From assembly GCA_051453625.1 (NCBI GenBank), contig JBOZIK010000001.1, forward strand, positions 10,631,119 through 10,664,255: 33,137 nt of DNA, written 5' to 3'. Below are positions 1-10,935 of the stretch, one piece after another. The position numbers and the translations under genes are program-made. The notes beneath the pieces were generated by a model. That model made no database searches and was not told the DNA's origin. It saw only the letters and a program-made list of their open reading frames with translations. This stretch comes from Welwitschia mirabilis. Its lineage: Eukaryota. Position 1 is the first letter of the stretch, and each line of letters begins with the position of its first letter.

Positions 1-988
1 GATTATAACTAAGTGTAAACATTATTCAAGAAAAGGATGGAATATCATTGACACAAAATAAGCACATGAGAGCTCTAATCCAAAAGTTTAAACTAGAAAA
101 TGCAAAAGAAGCTGACACATTTGAAGAAGAATTCCAAGATGCCTATTAGTGAAGACTTTGAACTTATAAATGAGATCAAATATAAAAGAATAATAGGAAG
201 TTTGATTTATGTAACTAATACTAGATCATACATATCATATGTTGTTAATGTATTATCAAGATATCTTAATGCACCTAAGGTAACTCATGTGAATGCTACA
301 AAGAGAGTACTAAGATATCTAAAGAAGATCAAAGNNNNNNNNNNNNNNNNNNNNNNNNNNNNNNNNNNNNNNNNNNNNNNNNNNNNNNNNNNNNNNNNNN
401 NNNNNNNNNNNNNNNNNNNNNNNNNNNNNNNNNNTTAATGTATTATCAAGATATCTTCATGCACCTAAGGTAACTCATGTGAATGCTACAAAGAGAGTAC
501 TAAGATATCTAAAGAAGATCAAAGATTTAGATCTAACCTATAAAAGAAACTCTCAATTTGTCCTGAAGGCATATTCTGCTTTTGATTCCATTGAAGAAAC
601 TAATACTTCATTATCAACATCAAGGTATATCATGTTCTTAGGAACATCATCCATGTCTTGGTAGTTAAAGCATCAAAAAATAATAGTGTAATCTTTTGTT
701 AAGGCAGAATATACAACTACTTCTAAAGCACGTAGAAAAATTGAATGGTTGAGAAAATTGTTAGAAACAGTGAAATTAAAATAAATTAAGGCAAAAAAGC
801 TCTTCATTGACAATTAGTCAGCAATATGCATAGCAAAAGATCCACTGCACCATGACAGGATAAAATACTTTTATATCGGGATCCATAAAATTAGGGAACT
901 CATATAAAATATAGTTATTAGACCTATGTATTGCTAACCATAGAACAAATTATTGATATCCTTAGTAAAAGACTTGATCAAGAGAAGC
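1..988 (+). mobile_element. Ty1/copia retrotransposon remnant: RT C-terminus and RNase H, with stops
   Basis: YKRIIGSLIYVTNTRSYISYVVNVLSRYLNAPKVTHVNATKRVLRYLK matches the copia RT end (YxxxIGSLxYLxxTRPDIxxAVxxLSRxxxxPxxxHxxAxKRxLRYLK). It continues into the RNase H: LKAYS...YIMFLGTSSMSW*LKHQ...KAEY...IEWLRKLL...LFIDN*SAICIAKDPLHHDRIKY...EQIIDILSKRL. Confidence 0.92.
245..524. other. 100-N scaffold gap (335-434) flanked by a 90-bp duplicated sequence (assembly overlap)
   Basis: 245-334 is identical to 435-524 except A268 vs C458. Confidence 0.9.
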
Positions 989-1559
989 NNNNNNNNNNNN
1001 NNNNNNNNNNNNNNNNNNNNNNNNNNNNNNNNNNNNNNNNNNNNNNNNNNNNNNNNNNNNNNNNNNNNNNNNNNNNNNNNNNNNNNNNGGCTTGGCTATT
1101 TTGTAACCTAGATGTTGATTCTTTTTAATACAAAACTCTATTGTCATTATTTCATTTAGATTTATTAGATGTCCCTTATGGTTTATGTTGCCTTTGATCT
1201 GGTGACATTTTCATTGGTGATATAGATCTTAAGGGCAGCCTTTGTTAAGGTTAAAAGAAAGTAGTTTAGCTTCATTTTGCATTGCATTTAGATTTAGTTG
1301 CATTCGCATTTGCATTGCATCTTTATTTTCTGCATTTTTCTTTAATTTTGGTTACTTTATTCTTTGTGAAAATCAATCCTCAGATCTCATCTCATAATCT
1401 TTAACGAGATACGACATTTAGGTTCGCTCCTAACTATATTAGTGTGTTATGTTGTGCAAGATATGTATTTCATTTGTGAATGAGAGGATCTTTTTAAGTG
1501 TAAACATTTGCCCAAATATGCATGGCAACAAATAAAATGGGAAAGAACTAAAGAACTCA

Positions 1560-2640
1560 ATATTAAACATGCTTTTATTCTAAAGCTTCCATAGTTCAAA
1601 TAAGATCCTGTACCATAAATAAGACCATTTCAACCCTTGCAGAGGATTACTAGGTTTACCATTACTAATGAAAGTAAAGATCTTGCAAACTTGATGCCAT
1701 TTCAAAAAGTAACTAGCCCATGTTTAAGCATAAAAAGCTATCTATTAGGACTAAAGATGTGATCAAGGGATTCTTCATTACCACAATGTGGACAAAGAGG
1801 CATAAAACCTAAAAAATAAAGAAGTCTATTACCAAAAGTAATCCTATTTTAAAGAAGGGACCAACCAAAAATTTGAATTTAGGAGGAGTAGGAAACTATT
1901 AATTATAGAGATACAAATTCTGCCAAGATTCCTCTAAGAGCTATGTATGCCAAATTTTATTTAAATGCTCAAAAATTGGAGAAGAATCATATCATAATTT
2001 CGTTATGAAGCTGTCCTTCATATTCCTACAATTATAATCATTCTTCTAAGTCTAAAGATCACAATCACTTTAAGCAGTTGAAGAAATATGAAGAGAAGTA
2101 ATTCATGAGTACAAAATGTGTTAGGCAGTTCTCTTATTACTAGAGAGATAAAACCTTTACTTTGCTTGAGTCTAAGTGAGTCAATAACTAGAATGATAAC
2201 ACCAGACATATTTAATCTATATGATCCCTTTATGATATAAAGAAAGATTAATAGAGCTATGTTTCTCTATGAGAGTGCCCTCTAAATCACTAAGTTGAAG
2301 GAACTACTAAAGGAAGGTATTCTAGTGAACAAGAATACTAGGATCTTGAAGTAGATTTTTAATAGTGAGCCAAAAGTCCCAAATAGCATTATGAAAAATA
2401 GAGCAATGTAGTTTTATGTGGACACATAAGAGAGGAATCTACTAATGAGAGATAGACGGCCAAGATTTCCTACCAAGAAGAAGAGCAGATTGAATGGAAT
2501 TCCTAACAAAAATCTTTCAATACACATCCCCACCACCTGCTTTAACAAGCCAACAAGTTGCAAGAATGTTACCTTAATGAAAATTATTTTCTATGCCTAA
2601 TCCTTCCAAATTTTTGGTACAAGTGCAAATAACCCAGACA
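1560..2640 (-). mobile_element. L1-clade LINE ORF2 C-terminal remnant (post-RT region and zf-RVT)
   Basis: Minus-strand translation across stops and frameshifts gives WVICTCTKNLEGLGIEN (~2636-2586; consensus WxxVCxPKxxGGLG), ILATCWLVKA, PTPPKFKF/FGWSLL*NRITFGNRL (~1890-1825), PLCPHCGNEESLDHIF (1800-1753; CPxCxxxxESxxHIF) and FELWKL*NKSMFN (~1600-1562; WKxRNxxxF). Confidence 0.78.
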
Positions 2641-2680
2641 ACTCTAATAAAGCCCTTAAGATGAGATTTCTTCCTCGTTA

Positions 2681-3950
2681 CTATGGCATGCTCGACTAGG
2701 ACATCTTACTCCTCATATAATAAATGCGATACATGAGAATGGCCATCAACATTTTCTCTCCATTTCATGGTATTTTCCTTAGTGTGAAGAAGACATTATG
2801 AATAAAGTAACTAGATAATGGTTTTCACCAAGTAAATCACATGCAGATGGAAGCCTTTTGCTTGTTTACCATGATATGTGAACCTATGATAGTTTCCACT
2901 CTTCAGGGATGTCGTTACTTTATATTCTTAATTGATAACTATTCTCGAATGGCTTGGGTATACTTCATCAACTCCAAATCACAACGTTTGGATATCTTCA
3001 AAAAGTTTAAGACTAAAGTGAAAAAGCAAGTTGACTATCACATTAAAATTTTCTATTCAAATAATGGTGACAAGTATGTCTTTGCTGAGTTTAAGGACTT
3101 TCTTGCTCCCAAAGGGATTCGACATTTAGAAACTTACCCAAGGACACCCCAACATAATGGAATTGCTAAGTAATTTAATTACACTATCATAAATATCACG
3201 TGTTCCATGATGCATTTCAGTGATTGCAAAACCTATCTTTGGGGTGAAGCAATAAAGACACTAGTTCAATAATCGTATTCGTTGAAATGCTAAAAAGGTA
3301 GTATATCTAGCTATAAAGTGGTATGAGTACAAGCCAAAGTTATACCATTTTCATATTTTTCATTGTTAAGTGAACATTGTGACAAATTTAAAGCAAATGC
3401 TCACATTGACATCTTTGTGAAATATATAACTGACTAGAAGGGTTATCGAGTGTATCTCTTAAAGCATTGTAAGATTATTGTTTCTCATGATACCATCTTC
3501 GCAAAGGCTTAAAACAATGATTCTCAGCTTGATCTTTGTGAAGCTCCATCCTTCCTCTAACCTAATGACCATTTTGAATGCTCAATGTCCTATGGTTAAG
3601 ATGGTAGATATGGTCACCAATGATGCTTCAGTTCCTTCTATTGGTATCTTTAGTTTGTAACATGTAGGAATTGAGTAATTTTGTGCTCCTAGCACAATCA
3701 TGGTTTCAATAGTAATTCAACATGTTCTTTGAGTGAAGAAGCTGATGTTATCTAGAGAAGACATTGAAATACTTGGCTATAGCCTACTCTCCAAGATGCT
3801 TATAATGATGAGAAAGGTAACACTGAAACTAGACATGGCTCACATACATCTCATGATGATGATTACAAGCTCCACTTGACCGTTGGTGGTAAATCAACTT
3901 CTTTCAAAGACACCATTCTACACAATCAGGGGATTCAAGCCACATGAAGG
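2681..3950 (+). mobile_element. Ty1/copia remnant: GAG-pre-integrase, integrase core and SH3-like region; RT not seen
   Basis: LWHARLGHL at 2681-2707. The ORF at 2841-3173 reads ICEPMIVSTLQGCRYFIFLIDNYSRMAWVYF...YSNNGDKY...TYPRTPQHNGIAK (rve core). It is followed by YLWGEAIKT, DKFKANAHIDIFVKY..KGYRVY and KIIVSHDTIF. Confidence 0.92.
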
Positions 3951-4398
3951 TTTTGCACTAATACACTATTTGACTATAGAACTAATAACTGATACTAAAA
4001 TAAAGACACTTGATTGAGAAAAGTTCAATCGCTTCCAATCCAAAATTGGATTGACAATGAGTTGATTTAAACTCCTCTTCTCTTTTGTACATTATAGGCT
4101 TCATTTGACTTTTGAATCTCTATTCGAAGTTACTTTTAATCCTAGTACTACAAGATGTATTGTATAACTTTGACCTAATACTATGGAATGTGTAGTACAT
4201 TTTTGCCTTAACATTGGGGATGTGTAATGCACATGATAGTCTTATCTGCTACAGGATACGTAGTAGCAAATTAACTACTTCTTTAATGAGTTTCCTCATA
4301 CAACAACTCCTTTAAGGAGGTTTTATTATAGGTCTCATTCTCAAGGTTTTCCTTTGGGTACTCTAGTTTTCTCTTGAAAGAGAGTGTATTTCCACATT

Positions 4399-4603
4399 GA
4401 GGGAGAATTGCTAAGGTTTGTATGCACACGATGGTCATATATCTAGGGGGACATGAAAACCCTAATGAAACCCTAACGGTGTGCTTACCTTTAAAAGTAA
4501 GATCTTCATTGTACTAAGTAATCTGAAGTAATATGAAGAAATAAATATTTGATTTTGGGAACTTCTTGCTTGTTATTCTTTCTCATCTATTTCCCAATAA
4601 ACA
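4399..4603 (+). mobile_element. Probable polypurine tract plus short 3' LTR of the upstream copia element
   Basis: Purine run GAGGGAGAA (4399-4407) is followed by TG at 4409. An AATAAA-containing segment ends in CA at ~4603. It lies downstream of the copia integrase on the same strand. No partner LTR is visible. Confidence 0.4.
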
Positions 4604-5453
4604 TATCATGTTATATGTTCAAATTTGGAATATTTATTTTTCATGAACTATAAGCTAAATTTATAAAACTATACTACAATTTTAGATCATTTAAGCATAT
4701 AGTTAATAAATCATCATTATTTGAAATGTACTGAATTATATTTAAGCTTTATTTTGCATAAATACTAAATATTCACTTAGTAATCATATAGTTTCACATG
4801 CAGAAAGCATCAATTTGACTATTTTAATTCAATAATGCGCATGAATGTTTATATGTAAGCATTTCTATAAGTTCAGTCTAATGAATGATTCTAAATGATT
4901 TTTTAATAATTTATCATTTAAACACTTTCTTAAATATGTGATTTTCTCTCTATATTAATGATGAATTATTTTCTCATACTAAATTGATAGAGTTAGTAAC
5001 ATAGCTCTACTTTATCACATATTTCTATCATTTTGATACTTATATATTCACCACTATTTATGATTGCTTTATTATTGCTTAGGAGATTTTTATTGAGTTA
5101 TTTCAATAAGGCTTTCTACATTAACATGTATACCACATGACTTTTAAAGTTCTTATGTGTGATCTACTCATGTTGAAGAATCTCTTAAAAATGGCTTACA
5201 AACATTAAAGCAAATGAAGTTCACCATGACCGTCCACTAATATCATTTACGATATAAAACTTTATGGGTCACTTAAAAGTCCATCATATATGTGGGGATA
5301 TTCGAAATTTTATAAATACAACCATAATATCTTTAAATAGCTCCATGAATTAAAATATGAAGAGACCTTTAAACTAGTCCTTTTTCACCATTATAATAAG
5401 TTGAATAAAGGTAAACACATAACATACAACAAACAAATTCTCTTGTGTAAGAA

Positions 5454-5641
5454 GGGAATGGTAGTTTAATTAGTGGGACACTTGTCCTTCATTTAGGAGG
5501 GCATGGGTTCAAAATTTTGGATGATTTGATTAACATACTAGAAGGACTTAAGCATAACTAAATCATTCATTAGACAAATGTGGTGGTTGTGCTCCTAAGG
5601 GAAAGGTATGATCACTAAAAGTTCAAAATCCCCTCATTCTC
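5454..5641 (+). mobile_element. tRNA-derived SINE-like repeat, copy 1
   Basis: A-box-like TGGTAGTTTAATTAGTGG and B-box-like GGGTTCAAAAT at tRNA-like spacing. Shares the exact 20-mer GCATAACTAAATCATTCATT (5552-5571) with 29191-29210 and is colinear with other copies in the window. Confidence 0.62.
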
Positions 5642-6305
5642 AAAATTTTGTTATGTTATTAGTTAAGGCTTCAATCCTTTAGTAATAACATAATATAAAA
5701 ATGTATTATCTTAGAAGAATGTTACCATAAATAGAACAAATATTCAAACTTTAAATTTGCTTTCACAAAGAGCATGAACCAAGGTAAAGTAAGAAAAATT
5801 CCATTTGCTCTGCATTTGCTAATGCTGAAGCCATAAGATGATATGCCATATTCCAATGTTGAAAAACATAAATACATCATTGAATGCCATAGAGACAATT
5901 TTGCAAGCCAATGTTCAAACACTAAATAAAAATCCCACAAGGATAATATTCACCTTTAAATGGAGATGTGTCTCCACTGACAACTACTATGGTTACAAAC
6001 TTAATACATGTAGTTACATTTGTTAACCACTCCACTCTAATAATAAAGTTGTTTCATTATCATGGTCCTTTTAAATCCTTTGTCTTGCATTTTTATTATT
6101 TTATAACAACAAGTTTTACAACATATTTAAGTTTTAATTGATTCTAAAGCTTTCTTTCGTGGGCAATAAGAATGTTACAATGCCATTTTGAATATAAAAA
6201 TGCTTTGATTTACCTTCTTATTTGGAAAATACAAGCAAATTAAAGGAAAATGCCACAAAATTAAAGACAGTTACAAAAATGATTCCTCCAATGATTCCTC
6301 CTCTT

Positions 6306-6337
6306 GGGGAAGCGGGGTGGGCGGGGGGGAGGGGGGG
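6306..6337 (+). other. Potential G-quadruplex motif
   Basis: GGGG-AAGC-GGGG-T-GGG-C-GGGGGGG-A-GGGGGGG gives five G-tracts with 1-4 nt loops. It is preceded by the 12-bp tandem duplication AATGATTCCTCC x2 (6278-6301). Confidence 0.6.
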
Positions 6338-6437
6338 TTCAAAATCAATTATTTGAATATATTGGTCGATTTATCTTTATGATTCAAAGGAGCCACTTCA
6401 TTACCATTAATAAGAGATGATTTGATCAAAATATTCA

Positions 6438-7200
6438 GCTTCTATGGAGAAATGTATAAACTTTTGTGAATTTATTGGAATTCTTTCATCAAAAAAGATG
6501 TGTGAGAGTAATGGGAAAACAATTCTTGAGAACAGACATCATGGGATTAATTAAGTTTAATTTTAATGTTACATTTATAGAAAGGCAAAAAGAATCTACA
6601 AGAGAAGCTAGTTTGGTTGTTCATACCTCCAGGTTTATTCACTACTATGGCTTACATTTTCTTCATGCTTGAAGCTACTAAATCAACTATTTTTCAAAAT
6701 GACATCTTAGAGCATGTTGTCCTCAATTGATATGATTTTGCTTATAATGTTCATCTAAGTTTGCCTCAATAGGGAAGCCATTAGAGGACTTGTAATCATT
6801 GTCGAAATCAATGAATCTCTCTTTAGCAAGAGAATCGTAATAAGGGACCTAATGTAATCAATAATGAGTGCGTGAGAGAAACCAAATGTGCATAAATGAG
6901 GTTGTCTATTTTTAGTGCTATATTATAAGAAAGAACCTTAGTGAACTATATCTACAAATGGAGTAAATCTGAAACTAAAATTTATGACATGGCATGGTTA
7001 AACAAACTTGATTTCAAACACATAATCATTAATCATGATCAACGTTTGAAAAACTCAAGATTAGGCAGCACATAATTCCATTGAAAATGTGTATCACAAG
7101 TGAAATAGAGAAATAGTAAGTTCTATTTCCTTAAATTTAAATGGCATTATGCCATAGAAAAAGAACATGTTTTTTACATTTTAATAACTCGTGCGTTAAA
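6438..7200 (+). mobile_element. Decayed Merlin-superfamily (IS1595/ISXO2-type DDE) transposase pseudogene
   Basis: Colinear motifs across frameshifts: CINFCEFIGILSSKKMCESNG (6453-6515); F*CYIYRK..ESTREAS (6561-6612, Zn-ribbon/SIRxGS); VVLN*YDFAYNV (6716-6751, ~TVVDWYNFCREV); IRGLVIIVEINESLFSKR..NKG (6780-6847, ~IGGPGxIVEIDESxFxKRKYNRG); ECV-RET; TLVNYIYKWSKSETKIYDMAW (~TLxxIIxxxIxPGTxIxSDxW); LDFKHIIINHD (~GYxHxTVNHS); AH-NSIENV-SQVK (~GAHTNxIExxWxxxK); FYFLKFKWH (~YLxEFxWR). Confidence 0.85.
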
Positions 7201-7589
7201 TTTTCTTTCGTTAATATTCACCATTTCATATTAGGTTCAACTAGGGTTGGAATTTAACATTGAATGTTACCTTTCAAACTCACGTACACGCTTTAACATC
7301 TACAAGCTTTGTCTTAAAATTTTGTATCTTTTTTATGGTAAAAAGTAAATGTGCTTTATAAATTATTAAAAAAACCATTCAGGTTGGTGAGAGTTACTTC
7401 GCGTTCGCCATGTTTAACCATTCGTCCACGCTGATAATCATGGCATACGGGAAGGGAATGCAATAACAATAATTATATAGCATTCACCGTTCATCTTGCT
7501 GTTCAATGCTATTGTTTAGGTCTTTTTAACAAGTCTACCATCGCTCTTTATTGCGAGAAACACTAACGGATCACCAATAACAACGTCCA

Positions 7590-9019
7590 CATGAGTGGCG
7601 CCCACATCCCCCCTCCGAGTGGATGAAAGCTGCGCGGCCTAAACAAGTCTCCAGAAATTTCGCTATCGACATTCCCAAATCCCAGCCGTACGCTCAACCA
7701 CAAGGCACATTCCCTTCGGCTCACGGAAAGTAAGTCTGGCATTTTTGCCAGACCAAGTACAGTCTACCAGGCATAATCTCTGATGTGCAGTGTGACCATT
7801 CGGTTTCCGTTGACTGTCTCCTGCTCTCCAGATGACACACATGGCGCCCGCTGCTTGGGTTGCAGTGTTTGCTGAACTTGCTCCGAAGGTCCCTCCATCT
7901 TCTCTGCAGGGCTGCCGCAGAACTGTCAGCTTGGCGACGGAACAATCTGCGAATATAGTTCCAGCACTGCAAGTGTTAAACCAGACTGCTATCCAAACCC
8001 TAACCCTGCCAACATTTCTGCGTAAGGGTATGTGTACATTTGGGGATATGCGATCATATGTGTTAGGGTCACTGAATGCAGAATGAATGTTCCCCGAGAA
8101 GAGTGGATGTTTACAGTGCCTACCCGGGGCAATGGGTCAGCTGTATATAGTTTTTGGGGAAATGGATTTACAGTGACATGGCTGATAGCTTTATGTGTCC
8201 AAAATCCATGGCTGACTTGAATCGCTAGCAGATTCGGTGTAAGCATTCTGATCTGAAGCAACATGTTTGGGGGGCCGAGGAGTCCTGCATAGGTTGCGGG
8301 CGGGCGGAGTCTTGACAGTTGTGATTTGGACTCCTGCAGAAAAGCTCTTCTCGTCCCTGAAACATGAATTCCTTTGACCGAATGTGTGTCTTTGTTGTTG
8401 CATGTGGATATGCGCATCCTTTTATGGTTGTTGACAGGAAGTGTTTTGAGCAGAGGATTAAGGGGACGGCTGTCAATGATGGTGCTAATGTTTCTGATAC
8501 CGAAAGCAGCTTGAAAACAAGCAAAAAGGTGTACACGAATCACAGGAAACAGGATCTTTAACCTGGTAAAACCCCAAGAAGTAGAGTGCCGCAGAGAAGC
8601 CCAAAATGAACAGGTTCTTCTGGCGATACAAAGGACAAATTGGGAGAAAAGCCCAAATCAAATAGATCTACAGGAAAACGTGAAAAAGGTAAGTCTAGGA
8701 AATAGTATTTACAGTACCTTTCAGAGGAACATTTTGTTAAGGACTTTTGTACGTCTTGACACTTGACAGCCGTGTACAAGTTTTGTAAAACATTGTTGAT
8801 GTAACAGGACCTTCAAAGCCCCGTTGTTCAATGGTAATGGGATCCTCCTGCGATCAACGTAACAGGACCCTCACAGTCGATGTTAACAGTAATTTTCATT
8901 CAATCCTTTTACGCTATCTGCATGCCAGACGTCTCCCAGTGGATCCCAGTATTACATTTCGAATTTCTCAAGCTATAGAGCCGTCTAAGGTCATTTTTGA
9001 ATCTCATCTAGCATTGTAA
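7590..9019 (+). other. Candidate spliced transcript (lncRNA or decayed orphan gene) in a CpG-retaining island
   Basis: Alternating splice sites: donor GTAAGT 7730; acceptor CTCCTGCTCTCCAG 7831; donor GTAAGG 8022 or GTATGT 8028; acceptor TTGTTGACAG 8437; donor AG|GTAAGT 8689; acceptor GTAACAG 8807. GC and CpG content are higher than in the flanks. No recognisable protein. Confidence 0.35.
7995..8003 (+). promoter_or_regulatory. Telo-box (AAACCCTAA)
   Basis: Exact plant telo-box in the 5' part of the CpG island. The motif is short, so chance occurrence is possible. Confidence 0.3.
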
Positions 9020-10210
9020 ATTATAGGAAACCATTTATCTTTATTATCAAAGAATGCAGTCTCTCCCTTTCAGAGCATTGCCTATTTAAGAAATCTGAAG
9101 TATTGGCAACACAAGCTTTTTATCTGCATCCATAGCTTTTAATACTATTTTGCAAATACACTTTCATAGCTGCCACATTGTTTAGATAGGATATGCTGGT
9201 TTATGTGTGTTTGATTGCTGTCATACTGCCCCTATGGTCAGACGGCATAGAGGCTTTCCAGCTGAAAATGTCTTGTTTCATCATGGAGATAATGTTCCAG
9301 CTAATTGTGCTATTCTAATTTAGCTATACTGATTCAGATTGAACTCCAGATTATCGTAATTAATTAAGCTGCACCGTTTGATATCAAACCGTACTCTAAG
9401 CTTAAGATCAAACTGAAGACTTTTCCCATTGTATGATCTCAATATGGGCTGCTCACCAGTTGTCAAATCTAACCCGAGACTTCTTTCCTCCTATAATCTT
9501 AATATGGCTTTGCCAACCGGTTCGCGCTCCCTGTAGTGGTTTACTTGCCGTATAAGTATGATTACGGGATAAGGAAATTGCAGTTCTTCCAATTCATTCC
9601 AATCATCTAGGGAAACGAATCATCCTAAATTGCTTACCTTGCAGGAAGTGAGTAGAATTAATTACTAAAATTTGATGATCTAAGGGTTTTTGCATATGAG
9701 GAAATGCAATTCCATCCATAGTTATATGAGGAACTAGTAACATAGCTCACTTTTCTTCAATTTCTGTGTTTCATGACCATTTGTTAAGGATGTTAGTATC
9801 ATCAGAATTAATAGTGTTTCTTTGTGGCACAAGCTTCTGAGAGACACCGCAAATTATCTTTTGTTCATATGACATATTTCTGAAAATGTGTGGAGAATTT
9901 TTCGGATTATCAGACAATAAAATTAGTGGAAAAGGAACTGCAATATTGAAAAGTGAAATTTACTTCTCTTTTAATACACTGTCTATACTAATACTAAACT
10001 TTTCTGTTGAAAACTTTTAAATGATAGTATAACTAAAAAATTTAGAACTTTTAGTTAATATTTGATTATAGTAGAGAATGATAAATTTAAGAAATTAATT
10101 ATTATGGTATATAGTGTAATTGGTTTGAACATTGTTTATAAATTGTGAGCTCTACCATTTTGGGTTTAAGTTCTACAAAAGGTTAGCTTGTAATTCTAAT
10201 TATGTGTTCA

Positions 10211-10712
10211 AGTGCACTTTATATAGGTTTNNNNNNNNNNNNNNNNNNNNNNNNNNNNNNNNNNNNNNNNNNNNNNNNNNNNNNNNNNNNNNNNNNNNNN
10301 NNNNNNNNNNNNNNNNNNNNNNNNNNNNNNNNNNNNNNNNNNNNNNNNNNNNNNNNNNNNNNNNNNNNNNNNNNNNNNNNNNNNNNNNNNNNNNNNNNNN
10401 NNNNNNNNNNNNNNNNNNNNNNNNNNNNNNNNNNNNNNNNNNNNNNNNNNNNNNNNNNNNNNNNNNNNNNNNNNNNNNNNNNNNNNNNNNNNNNNNNNNN
10501 NNNNNNNNNNNNNNNNNNNNNNNNNNNNNNNNNNNNNNNNNNNNNNNNNNNNNNNNNNNNNNNNNNNNNNNNNNNNNNNNNNNNNNNNNNNNNNNNNNNN
10601 NNNNNNNNNNNNNNNNNNNNNNNNNNNNNNNNNNNNNNNNNNNNNNNNNNNNNNNNNNNNNNNNNNNNNNNNNNNNNNNNNNNNNNNNNNNNAGTGCACT
10701 TTATATAGGTTT
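10211..10712. other. N-gap 10231-10692 flanked by a 20-bp duplicated sequence
   Basis: AGTGCACTTTATATAGGTTT at 10211-10230 and 10693-10712. Confidence 0.85.
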
Positions 10713-10917
10713 CAATGTTTTCGGTATAAATTACAAGTGAAACTTTGTTGGCTACTTCTTAGACCCACAAAGGCCACTATAGGTTTTTATTGACCACATA
10801 AACCAATAACCTCCTCAAGTGTAGTCTCACTTCACTTCTTTTTAAACAAAATAAATTAGAAAAAAAAACATAAAAAGTTTGAGTAGTCTATAAAGTATGT
10901 AAAAAGTTTGAGCACTC

Positions 10918-10935
10918 ATATATATATATATATAT
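10918..10935. repeat. (AT)9 microsatellite
   Basis: Read directly: ATATATATATATATATAT. Confidence 0.9.

Noticed and set aside
6328-7616. GGAGGGGGGG (6328) and CCCCCCTCC (7608) as Merlin TIRs
   Set aside because: Low-complexity match that does not extend outward, with no TSD. The element's termini remain unidentified.
7599-8010. Telomerase RNA: USE-like GCCCACATCC (~7600) and template-like AAACCCTAACCCT (7995-8007)
   Set aside because: No TATA box at Pol III spacing after the USE-like motif, the template is ~400 nt away, and splice sites intervene. A telo-box is the simpler explanation.
8068-8131. RNase MRP-like pairing TGTTCCCCG / CGGGGCA
   Set aside because: The two halves are only ~30 nt apart, and the conserved GAAAGUCCCC context and an upstream USE/TATA are missing.
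8253-8280. miR395-like sequence CTGAAG-CAACA-TGTTTGGGGGG
   Set aside because: It has a 5-nt insertion in the seed region, a mismatched 3' end and no miR395* arm. The bulge position also does not fit a target mimic.
7989-8543. 184-aa minus-strand ORF and other short overlapping ORFs in the CpG island
   Set aside because: No recognisable domain, non-ATG starts for several, and the splice signals point to the plus strand.
10132-10740. Long ORFs at 10132-10740 and 26148-26954
   Set aside because: They are open only because they run through N-gaps.
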